From Solirubrobacterales bacterium (GTDB lineage: Bacteria; Actinomycetota; Thermoleophilia; Solirubrobacterales; 70-9): DNA of 64,000 bases. The translations under genes were made by a program, and so were the position numbers. Below are positions 8,959 through 17,597 of this stretch, one piece after another. A model generated the notes under the pieces. The model was not told where the DNA came from. It did not search any database and saw only the letters and a list, made by a program, of their open reading frames with translations. The stretch covers positions 1,867 to 65,866 of the forward strand of contig VRUE01000003.1 of assembly GCA_019456285.1 (NCBI GenBank), given 5' to 3'. Within the stretch, counting starts at the first letter, position 1. Every line of letters starts with the position of its first letter.

Positions 8959-9447
8959 ATGCCGTTCTTCATCTGCCCCAGCTGTGGGCACAGAGAGGTG
9001 AGCGCCGACCGCACGGCCGGTTTCAGCACCCGTCCCAAGGGGTGCTCGAAATGCGGCTTCGGCTTCGTCTTCGAGCTGCTCGACGACTACTACCCGGCGC
9101 CCAACGCGGCCTTCTTCGTCTGCGACCAGCAGGCGCGCGTGATCGACGCCGGCCGCGGCAGCTTCGAGCTGACCGGCCTCACCGACGAGGACGTGATCGG
9201 CCGCCCGGTCCAGGAGGTGCTCGGCTTGGAGTGGCGCCAGCCCGGCGACGGCGGCGAGTCCGCCGACACCAACGGCGACGGCTTCACCGACCCGATCGAG
9301 ACCTCGCTGGAGTGGGGGGTGCGCTCGCTCGGCAAGCCGGTCTCGGTCAACGCCGAGGGCGACATCCCCGCCGAGGCGGTCGCCGACGTCTTCCCCGCCT
9401 ACGATGACGACGGTGGCCTGCTGATCGTCCTCACCCCGGAGGGCTGA
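8959..9447 (+). CDS. hypothetical zinc-ribbon protein with a PAS-like middle region
   Basis: 162 aa. N-terminal CPSCG...CSKCG ribbon, then FFVCDQQARVIDAGRGSFELTGLTDEDVIGRPVQEVLGL (PAS-like by eye) and an acidic tail. High GC3. It starts 14 nt after ruvB and ends 7 nt before secDF. Confidence 0.65.
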   Translation: MPFFICPSCGHREVSADRTAGFSTRPKGCSKCGFGFVFELLDDYYPAPNAAFFVCDQQARVIDAGRGSFELTGLTDEDVIGRPVQEVLGLEWRQPGDGGESADTNGDGFTDPIETSLEWGVRSLGKPVSVNAEGDIPAEAVADVFPAYDDDGGLLIVLTPEG

Positions 9448-9454
9448 GGCGGCG

Positions 9455-12415
9455 ATGGGGCGAAGGCGCACGCATCTCTTCGTCCTGCTCTTCGTCCTCG
9501 GGCTGGTCGTCGCCTCGGCGCTGGTCGTCGCCAGCAAGCCGACCCGGCTCGGCCTCGACCTGAAGGGCGGGGTCGAACTGGTCTACCAGGGCACGCCGAC
9601 CGGCCAGGTGGAGACGGTCAGTGCCGAAGACATCGACCGCTCGACCGAAATCATCCGCGAACGGATCGACGAGCTGGGCGTCGCCGAGCCCGAGGTCTCC
9701 CGTCTCGGCATGACCGAGATCTCGGTCAGCCTTCCCGCCGTCACCAACGCGCAGCGGGCGATCGACCAGGTCGGAACGACCGCTCAGCTCTACTTCTACG
9801 ACTGGGAGCCCAACCTGATCGGCCCCGAGCGGGCGATCGGAGGCCGCCCCGGCCAGCAGCCGCCGACCGCCGCGATCCGCAAGGCGAACGCGGAATGGAA
9901 GGCGGCAGGCCGCAAGGTCAACAAACAGGAGAACCAGCAGCTGATCTTCTCCGGCGCCTTCCCGACCGCCTACGACGCCGTTCTGCTAGCCACCAAGCAG
10001 AAACCGGTCGAGAACTGCACGACATGCTCGGTCAACAAGCCGCGCTTCTACCTGTTCGAGGGCAAGGAGCCGCACAAGCTGATCTCCGGGCCCGAGCTGG
10101 TGAGGAAGGATCTGTACCTCACCCCCCTTGGCGAGGAGCGCCCGCGCAAGGGCATCGTGCTCGAGGTCCCGGTGGGGACGGTGGTCGTCTCCGAACTGCC
10201 CTTCGACCCAGCCGGCACGACGATCGAGGACGCGGCTCCGGGCTGGTACGCGCTGAAGGACAGGCCGGCGTTGACGGGCACCGACATCACCGACCCGCGG
10301 CAGGAATTCGACGAAGCCAACCAGCCCAACGTCTCCTTCAGCTTCACCGACGAGGGGCGGCAGGCCTTCCAGCAGGTCACCCGCGCGATCGCCCAGCGCG
10401 GCCAGGCGCAGGCGATCGGCCCGGCCTCATCGGAACAGGCCGAACAGCTCTCCGGCCGCTTCGCGGTAGTCCTCGACAACGAAGTGAAGACCCGGCCGAT
10501 CATCAACTTCGCCGAAAACCCCGATGGGATCGACGGGCGGACCGGGGCGCAGATCTCAGGCGGCTTCAACAGCATCCAGGAGGCTCAGGATCTGGCGACG
10601 ATCCTCCAGATCGGCGCCCTGCCGATCAACCTGAAACTGATCAGCCAGACGCAGGTCTCGGCGACGCTCGGCAGCCAGGCGCTGGATGCCGGGCTCAAAG
10701 CCGGGGCGATCGGCCTCGTTCTGGTCATCCTCTTCCTGCTCCTCTTCTACCGCGGCCTCGGCCTGGTCGCCTCGCTGGCGCTCGGCGCCTACGGGGTGAT
10801 CTTCTTCTCGCTGATCAAACTGATCCCGATCACCCTGACCCTGCCCGGGATCGCCGGGTTGATCCTGACGATCGGGGTGGCGGCCGACTCGAACATCGTC
10901 ATCTTCGAGCGAATAAAGGAGGAGGTGCGGGCCGGGCGGCCGATGTCGAGCGCGATCGCTGCCGGCTACCGCCGCGGCATCGGGACGATCATCGACGCCA
11001 ACGTCATCACCCTGCTCACCGCGTTCGTCCTCTTCGTGCTGGCGACGGCGGGGGTGAAGGGGTTCGCCTTCACGCTGGGCGTCGGCACGATCGTCTCGCT
11101 GCTGACCGCGGTGGTCTTCACCCAGGCGCTGCTGGGCAGCATGAGCCGCTCGCGGCTGCTGCGCTCGCCCAACCTCCTCGGCGCCGCCCAGCCGCGGGTC
11201 CGCTGGCGCTTCGACTTCATGGGGGCGAGCCGCTGGTTCTTCTCGGTCTCCGGCGCGATCCTGATCGTCGGCGCCCTCGCCCTGGCGACCGCGCAGCTCA
11301 ACTTCGGGATCGACTTCGAGTCCGGGACCAGGATCAAAGTCGCGCTGGAAAAACCCACCGACGAGGAAGGCGTTCGCGGGACGCTCGGGTCGGCCGGGAT
11401 CGACGGCGAGGAGATCCAGCGGGTCTCCGACCCGGTCTTCGGCGACAACGTCTTCCTGATCCAGACCCGGCAGTTGAAACCCGACCGCGTCGAGGGAGCC
11501 GAGTCCAGCCTCGCCGAGGACTTCGGGATCGTCGCCAACGGCTTCGACAGCACCAGCGTCGGGCCGACCTTCGGGAAGCAGGTGGCCAACAGCGCCCTGA
11601 AGGCGCTGGTCTTCTCGCTGCTGGTGATCTGCAGCTACGTCGCCTTCCGCTTCGACCCGAAGTTCGCGGTGCCGGTGCTGATCGCGGTCTTCCACGACAT
11701 CCTGATCACCGCGGGCATCTACTCGCTGACCGGCCGGGAGGTGACGAGCGGAACGGTCGCCGCCTTCCTCACCATCCTTGGGTACTCGCTCTACGACACG
11801 ATCATCGTCTTTGACCGCGTTCGCGAGAACATACCGCGGATGCCGCGGGCGGCGTTCTCGCAGATCGTCAACCGCTCGATGAGCGAGGTGCTGACCCGCT
11901 CGCTGGCGACCACCTTCTCGACCCTGCTCGCGGTCGGCTCGCTGATGGTCTTCGGCGGCCCCACGCTGCAGGACTTCGCCTTCGCGATGATGATCGGGAT
12001 CGCCTCGGGAACCTACTCCTCGATCTTCATCGCCTCGCCCGTGCTGACCGCCTGGAAGGAACGTGAGCCCGGCTTCGCGCGGCGGCGAGCCCGGATCGCT
12101 GAGATCGACGGCAGCGTGCCGGCCTTCGCCGACGAGATCGAGCTGGCGAAGCTCGGCGCCGACGACGAGGCCGACGAAGAGATCGAAGCGGCCGTAGCGG
12201 CGCGGCAGGACGCGAAGCCGAAGGCGGGAGCCGTGGCCGCGATCGGGCCGGCGGGCGACGGGGTGGGGCCGTCGGCGAACGGCGAGCCGCCCGCCGCCAA
12301 CCCGGCCTCCGCCAACCCGGCCTCCGCCAACCCGGCCTCCGCCGAGCGGCGGGAGCGAAACGCGCGCCGGCGGGCACGCCGCCAGCAGCGCCGCAAGCAC
12401 GGGAGGCATAGATGA
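9455..12415 (+). CDS. secDF: fused protein translocase subunit SecDF
   Basis: 986 aa. SecD-type periplasmic head and TM bundle (LGLDLKGGV...GALPINLKLISQTQVSATLG...) are followed by a SecF module (FDFMGASRWFF...INFGIDFESGT...DTIIVFDRVREN). The C-terminal tail is low-complexity and basic. Confidence 0.95.
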   Translation: MGRRRTHLFVLLFVLGLVVASALVVASKPTRLGLDLKGGVELVYQGTPTGQVETVSAEDIDRSTEIIRERIDELGVAEPEVSRLGMTEISVSLPAVTNAQRAIDQVGTTAQLYFYDWEPNLIGPERAIGGRPGQQPPTAAIRKANAEWKAAGRKVNKQENQQLIFSGAFPTAYDAVLLATKQKPVENCTTCSVNKPRFYLFEGKEPHKLISGPELVRKDLYLTPLGEERPRKGIVLEVPVGTVVVSELPFDPAGTTIEDAAPGWYALKDRPALTGTDITDPRQEFDEANQPNVSFSFTDEGRQAFQQVTRAIAQRGQAQAIGPASSEQAEQLSGRFAVVLDNEVKTRPIINFAENPDGIDGRTGAQISGGFNSIQEAQDLATILQIGALPINLKLISQTQVSATLGSQALDAGLKAGAIGLVLVILFLLLFYRGLGLVASLALGAYGVIFFSLIKLIPITLTLPGIAGLILTIGVAADSNIVIFERIKEEVRAGRPMSSAIAAGYRRGIGTIIDANVITLLTAFVLFVLATAGVKGFAFTLGVGTIVSLLTAVVFTQALLGSMSRSRLLRSPNLLGAAQPRVRWRFDFMGASRWFFSVSGAILIVGALALATAQLNFGIDFESGTRIKVALEKPTDEEGVRGTLGSAGIDGEEIQRVSDPVFGDNVFLIQTRQLKPDRVEGAESSLAEDFGIVANGFDSTSVGPTFGKQVANSALKALVFSLLVICSYVAFRFDPKFAVPVLIAVFHDILITAGIYSLTGREVTSGTVAAFLTILGYSLYDTIIVFDRVRENIPRMPRAAFSQIVNRSMSEVLTRSLATTFSTLLAVGSLMVFGGPTLQDFAFAMMIGIASGTYSSIFIASPVLTAWKEREPGFARRRARIAEIDGSVPAFADEIELAKLGADDEADEEIEAAVAARQDAKPKAGAVAAIGPAGDGVGPSANGEPPAANPASANPASANPASAERRERNARRRARRQQRRKHGRHR
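12296..12340 (+). repeat. perfect 3 x 15 bp tandem repeat inside the secDF 3' end (encodes ANPAS x3)
   Basis: GCCAACCCGGCCTCC occurs three times head to tail at 12296-12340. Confidence 0.9.
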
Positions 12416-12445
12416 CCGCCCCCACGACCACGCACACCTGGATGA

Positions 12446-12539
12446 CGCGTGTGGCACTGCGCATCTCTGCGTCCTCGGGCTTGCCTTTGACACCACCAAA
12501 GGCTGCACCCGGCGTCCTTGACCTGCTTGGCCACACGCG
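12446..12539. repeat. family-1 intercistronic palindromic repeat, copy A (full length)
   Basis: Closing stem CGCGTGTGGC (12446-12455) pairs with GCCACACGCG (12530-12539). Conserved arms are GCGCATCTCTGCGTCCTCGG and GGCGTCCTTGACCTGCTTGGCCAC. The central hairpin is GCCTTTG-acaccac-CAAAGGC. It aligns with copies at 24242, 33176, 36804 and 54700. Confidence 0.8.
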
Positions 12540-12577
12540 CCCCCAGTCGCACATGGCCATAGAGGCGGTCATCTGAG

Positions 12578-12841
12578 ATGGCACTGCTGGTCTGGTTCAC
12601 GATGGGCATCGCGCTCTGGCACTTCACCGTCTTCCTGCCCGACCGCTTCTGGCAGGGCATCGTCGGCGCCTTCCTCGGCTCGGTGATCGGCGCGATCGTC
12701 TTCGGCCTGATCGTCGAGGTCGCGACCGGGCGGGGACTCGGGGACACCGATCTGGTGACCGCGCTGGTGGCCGTCCCGGGCGTGGCGCTCGGCCTGGCCG
12801 TCGTCTACGCAATCGGCGTACGCGCCGAGCGGCAGGCGTAG
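12578..12841 (+). CDS. GlsB/YeaQ/YmgE-family small membrane protein (probable)
   Basis: 87 aa with two to three Gly-rich hydrophobic helices (GIVGAFLGSVIGAIVFGLIV). The pattern resembles the transglycosylase-associated/GlsB family. Assignment is by eye only. Confidence 0.6.
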   Translation: MALLVWFTMGIALWHFTVFLPDRFWQGIVGAFLGSVIGAIVFGLIVEVATGRGLGDTDLVTALVAVPGVALGLAVVYAIGVRAERQA

Positions 12842-12929
12842 GTAGGCCCGTAGTCCCGGCGCCCCCGCGTGCATTTTGCGGCCGCCGGCGGGGGCGAATC
12901 CGTCCCGGGCGCCTCCTAGCCTTGATGGC

Positions 12930-15365
12930 ATGGCGGAGACCGTCAACGCCTACCGGGCCGATCCGTACTCCTATCCCGAGGCGCGGGCGCTAGCCGAGGA
13001 GCTGGGGCTGAGCGAGCCGGTGGCGATCACCCTGGTCCGCCGCGGCCACCGCACTCCCGAGGCGGCCCGGGCCTTCCTCGACGCCGACGAGTCGCACGCC
13101 GCCGCCGAGTTCGACTCGATGGCGGCGGTTGTCGAGCGGGTCCTCGCCGCGGTTCGCGGGGGCAGGCGGGTCACCGTCCACGGCGACTTCGACGTCGACG
13201 GGGTCTGCGCGACCTCGATCCTGGTCGGCGCCCTGCGCGAGCTGGGGGCCGAGTGCGACTGGCTGATCCCCGACCGCCTCGCCGACGGCTACGGCCTTGG
13301 CGCGGCCAACGTCGAGCGGCTGGCGGAGCGCGGAGCCTCGCTCCTGATCACCGTCGACTGCGGGATAACCGCGGTCGAGGAGGTCGCCCTGGCCCGCTCG
13401 CTGGGGATGGAGGTCGTCGTCACCGATCACCACCAGCCCGGAGGAGAGCTGCCCGACTGCCCGATCCTGCACCCGGCCCTCGACGGCTACCCGTTCGCCG
13501 AGCTGTGCGGGACCGCGGTCGCCTGGAAGCTGGCCGGCGCGCTGCGCGATGCGGCGGGGGCCGCGACACCCGCGGAGGACGACCTCGATCTGGTCGCGCT
13601 GGCCACCGTCGCCGACGTGGTGCCGCTGGTCGGCGAGAACCGCTCGCTTGTGAGGCGCGGGCTGGAGGAGGTGCGGCGGGCCCGCCGCCCCGGCATCCGG
13701 GCGCTGATCGCGGCGGCCCGGTGCGAGCCGACCCGGCTCGACGAGGGCGACCTCGCCTTTCGCCTCGGGCCGCGGATCAACGCCGCGGGCCGCCTCTACC
13801 GCGCCGACGCCGGGGTCGAGCTGTTCCTCACCCGGGACGAGGCACGGGCGGCGGAGATCGCCGCCGAGCTGAGCCGCGCCAACGGCGAGCGCCGCGCCAC
13901 CGAGCGCGAGGTCGCCGCCGCCGCCGAGGCGGCCCGGCGTGAGCTGCCGGTCGAGCTGCGCGAAGCGCCGGGCCTCGTCCTGGCCGGCCACGGCTGGCAC
14001 CCGGGCGTGATCGGGATCGTCGCCTCGCGGCTCGCCGAGCGCCACCACCGGCCGGTGGTCGTGGTCTCGCTCGACGGCGAGGGGGGAGGGCGCGGCTCCG
14101 GGCGCAGCATCCCCAGCTTCGACCTGCTGGCCGGGCTCGAGGCGTGCTCGGAGCACCTGGCCGGCTTCGGAGGGCACCGCGCCGCGGCCGGGCTGGAGCT
14201 GCGCGCCGAGCAGCTCGACGCCTTCCGTGAGGCGTTCGCCGCCCACGCCGCCGCCGTGCTCGGGCCCGACGACCTGACGCGCACCGAGCGGATCGACGCG
14301 ATGGTCGGCGGCGCCGGGCTCGGGCTCGACCTCGCCGAGGAGCTGGGCAGGCTCGCCCCGTTCGGGATGGGCAACCCCGAGGTGCGGCTGCTCGTCCCCT
14401 CCGCCCGGGTCCGCGACGTGCGGGCGATGGGAGAGGGCAAGCACGCGCGCTTCAGCCTCCACAGCGGCGCCCACCGGGCGCTCGGGGTCGCCTTCGGGCG
14501 CTCGAAGCTGGGGGTGGGCGACGACGACCCGGTCGACGCCGCGGTGCGGCTGGAGGTGAACCGCTGGAACGGCGCGGTCGAGCCGCGCGTCGTGTTGCGG
14601 GAGCTGTACCCGCACCGCGAGCAGAACGGCGGCTCGCCGGGCGAGGACTGGTGGGGGCGATTCGAGTCCGAGCTGGATGCCGACCTCGGTGCCTGGCCGC
14701 CGACCGCAGCCGGCGAGCCCGGCGGGGACGGCGAGCGCCGCGTTGTGCGCGGATCCAACTCGCCGGCCGCGGTGATCGCCGAGCTGGCCTCCAGCGGCGG
14801 CAGCGTCCTGGCGCTCGTCGCGGATGCCTCTCGCCGGGCCGCGACGGCCAAGCCGGGGTCGGTCCTGACCGAGTACGCGGGGTTGGAGAGGGAGCCCGGC
14901 CTGGCGGTCGATTTCGAGCACGTCGTCATCGTCGACCCGCCGCCGTTCGCCCACCTCGACCGGCTCGCCGCCCGCCCGACGGAGGAGGGCGGCTACCTGC
15001 ACCCGGCCTGGGGCGAGTCCGAGTGGCGCTTCGCGCTTGCCGCCCTCGGCGCCCACCTCGCTCGCCGCCCCGGTCTGATCGCCGTGTTCAGGGGCCTGCG
15101 GGACGCGGGCGAGGCGAGCGGCGAGCGGCTGCGGGAGGCGCTGCAGGGCTCCGGGCCGCACCCGCGCGGACCCGAGGCCGCGGCCCGCTGCTTCCGCGTC
15201 CTCGCCGAGCTGGGTCTCGTGCGGGGGACGCCGGATGGCGGCGGCGGCACGGTCGGGGTCGTATCCTCAGAGGAGACCGATCTGGAGCGCTCAGCCGCGT
15301 TCCGCGCCTGCAGCGCCCGCTATGAGGAGGGCCGGCGATACCTCGAAGGACACAAACAGCCGTAG
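12930..15365 (+). CDS. recJ: single-stranded-DNA-specific exonuclease RecJ (long C-terminal extension)
   Basis: DHH motifs (VHGDFDVDG, ITVDCG, VTDHH) and DHHA1 (GFGGH..AAG). Start at ATG 12930 (MAETVNAYR...). Confidence 0.9.
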   Translation: MAETVNAYRADPYSYPEARALAEELGLSEPVAITLVRRGHRTPEAARAFLDADESHAAAEFDSMAAVVERVLAAVRGGRRVTVHGDFDVDGVCATSILVGALRELGAECDWLIPDRLADGYGLGAANVERLAERGASLLITVDCGITAVEEVALARSLGMEVVVTDHHQPGGELPDCPILHPALDGYPFAELCGTAVAWKLAGALRDAAGAATPAEDDLDLVALATVADVVPLVGENRSLVRRGLEEVRRARRPGIRALIAAARCEPTRLDEGDLAFRLGPRINAAGRLYRADAGVELFLTRDEARAAEIAAELSRANGERRATEREVAAAAEAARRELPVELREAPGLVLAGHGWHPGVIGIVASRLAERHHRPVVVVSLDGEGGGRGSGRSIPSFDLLAGLEACSEHLAGFGGHRAAAGLELRAEQLDAFREAFAAHAAAVLGPDDLTRTERIDAMVGGAGLGLDLAEELGRLAPFGMGNPEVRLLVPSARVRDVRAMGEGKHARFSLHSGAHRALGVAFGRSKLGVGDDDPVDAAVRLEVNRWNGAVEPRVVLRELYPHREQNGGSPGEDWWGRFESELDADLGAWPPTAAGEPGGDGERRVVRGSNSPAAVIAELASSGGSVLALVADASRRAATAKPGSVLTEYAGLEREPGLAVDFEHVVIVDPPPFAHLDRLAARPTEEGGYLHPAWGESEWRFALAALGAHLARRPGLIAVFRGLRDAGEASGERLREALQGSGPHPRGPEAAARCFRVLAELGLVRGTPDGGGGTVGVVSSEETDLERSAAFRACSARYEEGRRYLEGHKQP

Positions 15366-15397
15366 AGCACAGCGAGCTCCTCGCAGACCTCTTCGCC

Positions 15398-17596
15398 GTG
15401 GTCGAGGAGTTCGACTCCTTGCCGAGCGAGAACGGCGTCGCCGGCAGCGGCGACACGGCGCTGGCCGTCGCCACGCTCGACCGCGCCGCGGTCGAGCGTG
15501 CCTTCGAGTTCGCCTGCGAGCGCCATGCCGACCAGATGCGCCGCTCCGGCGACGAGTTCATCACCCACCCGGTCGGGGTTGCCCGGGTCTGCGCCGGGAT
15601 GCGGCTCGACACCGAGACGCTCTGCGCCGCCCTCCTGCACGACACGGTCGAGGACACCAGCGCCAGCCTCGAGGAGATCCGCGAGGAGTTCGGCGAGGAG
15701 ATCGCGCAGCTCGTCGACGGCGTCACCAAGCTGATCGGGATCACCTTCGAGAGCCGCGACGAGCAGCAGGCCGAGAACTACCGCAAGATGATGGTGGCGA
15801 TGGCCACCGACGTCAGGGTGATCCTGATCAAGCTGGCCGACCGCCTCCACAACATGCGCACCCTCGGCGCCCTGCCGAAGCAGAAGCAGCTCGCCAAGTC
15901 GCGCGAGACGCTGGAGATCTACGCGCCGCTCGCCCACCGGCTGGGGATCCACGCGATCAAGTGGGAGCTGGAGGACCTCGCTTTCGCGACGCTGCACCCC
16001 CGCAAGTACGCGGAGATCAAACAGCTGGTCGCCCAGCAGCGCGACGCGCGCGAGGTCTACGTGACCGAGGCGGGGAGCTTCCTGGCCGGGGAGCTGCGGC
16101 AGGTCGGCATCGAGGCCGAGATCTCCGGCCGCGCCAAGCACTTCTACTCGATCTACACAAAGATGACCAGGAAGGGGCGCGAGTTCAACGAGATCTTCGA
16201 CCTCACCGCGATGCGGGTGATCGTCGGCTCGGTCGAGGACTGCTACGGGGCGATCGGCGTCATCCACTCGCTCTGGAAACCGCTGCCCGGCCGTTTCAAA
16301 GACTTCGTCGCGATGCCGAAGGCCAACATGTACCAGGCCCTGCACACGACGGTGATCGGGCCGGAAGGCAAGCCGCTCGAGATCCAGATTCGCACCGAGG
16401 GGATGCACGAGCTGGCGGAGTACGGGATCGCGGCCCACGTCGCCTACAAGGAGGGCGGCGCCGCCGACCCGCAGCGCGAGAAGATGACCTGGCTGCGGCA
16501 GCTGGTCGAGGCCGAGGGCGAGCAGGATCCGGCCGAGTTCCTGGAGTCGCTGAAGGTGGATCTGTTCGAGGACGAGGTCTTCGTCTTCACCCCGAAGGGC
16601 GAGGTGAAGAGCCTCTCCGGAGGCTCGACCCCGCTCGACTTCGCCTACGCGGTGCACACCGACGTCGGCCACCGCTGCGTCGGGGCCAAGGTCAACGGCA
16701 GCATCGTGCCGCTGCACTACCAGCTGCGCTCCGGCGAGATCGTCGAGGTGCTGACCGCGAACCGCAAGCGCGGCCCCTCGCGCGACTGGTTGAAGTTGGT
16801 GCGGACCAGCCGCGCCCGCAACAAGATCCGCGCCTGGTTCAAGCAGGAGCGCCGCGAGGACGCCGAGCGACACGGCCGCGAGGCGCTCGAGGACGCCCTG
16901 CGCAAGCGCGGTCTGCCGATGCAGAAGGTGGCGCTGTCGCCATTGCTCGCCGACGTGATCCGCGAGATGGGCTACCGCAAGGCGACCGAGTTCTACATCG
17001 CGCTCGGCCAGGGCAAGGTCCCCACCAAGACCGTCGCCAAGAAGCTGATGCAGCGGCTGAAGGTCGGCGAGGCGGTGGAGCGGGAGGAGCCGATCAGTCT
17101 CTCGGGGGGTCGCGAGGACAAGGCGCGGCGCACCAAGGACGCCGCCGACTACGGGATCAGCGTCAAGGGCGCCGACGACGTCGCGGTGCGGCTCGCCAAG
17201 TGCTGCCGGCCCGTCCCGGGCGACGAGATCACCGGCTACGTCTCGCTGGGGCGGGGGATCACCATCCACCGCACCGACTGCAAGAACGTGAAGGCGCTGA
17301 AGAAGTCCCCCGACCGCTTCGTCGAGGTCAGCTGGGACGGTGAGAACGAGGCCTCCTACCGGGTCGAGCTGCAGATCGATGCCTACGACCGCACCCGCCT
17401 GCTCGAGGATCTCTCCCGCACCTTCGCGGAGGCGGGCATCAACATCCTCGGGGCGAACTGCATGACCAAGGACCCGATGGTGAAGAACCGCTTCGTGGTC
17501 GAGGTCGGCGACACCGAGCAGCTCAAGCAGTGCATCTCCCGCCTCCGCAACGTCGAGTCGGTCTTCGACGCGTACCGGATCACCCCGACCGCCTGA
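15398..17596 (+). CDS. rel: bifunctional (p)ppGpp synthetase/hydrolase RelA/SpoT family
   Basis: HD domain (HPVGVA....MRLD..T..AALLHDTVEDT), synthetase block (KHFYSIY.KM....EF.EI.DL.A.R), and TGS and ACT-like C-terminal parts. GTG start. Confidence 0.95.
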   Translation: MVEEFDSLPSENGVAGSGDTALAVATLDRAAVERAFEFACERHADQMRRSGDEFITHPVGVARVCAGMRLDTETLCAALLHDTVEDTSASLEEIREEFGEEIAQLVDGVTKLIGITFESRDEQQAENYRKMMVAMATDVRVILIKLADRLHNMRTLGALPKQKQLAKSRETLEIYAPLAHRLGIHAIKWELEDLAFATLHPRKYAEIKQLVAQQRDAREVYVTEAGSFLAGELRQVGIEAEISGRAKHFYSIYTKMTRKGREFNEIFDLTAMRVIVGSVEDCYGAIGVIHSLWKPLPGRFKDFVAMPKANMYQALHTTVIGPEGKPLEIQIRTEGMHELAEYGIAAHVAYKEGGAADPQREKMTWLRQLVEAEGEQDPAEFLESLKVDLFEDEVFVFTPKGEVKSLSGGSTPLDFAYAVHTDVGHRCVGAKVNGSIVPLHYQLRSGEIVEVLTANRKRGPSRDWLKLVRTSRARNKIRAWFKQERREDAERHGREALEDALRKRGLPMQKVALSPLLADVIREMGYRKATEFYIALGQGKVPTKTVAKKLMQRLKVGEAVEREEPISLSGGREDKARRTKDAADYGISVKGADDVAVRLAKCCRPVPGDEITGYVSLGRGITIHRTDCKNVKALKKSPDRFVEVSWDGENEASYRVELQIDAYDRTRLLEDLSRTFAEAGINILGANCMTKDPMVKNRFVVEVGDTEQLKQCISRLRNVESVFDAYRITPTA

Positions 17597-17597
17597 G

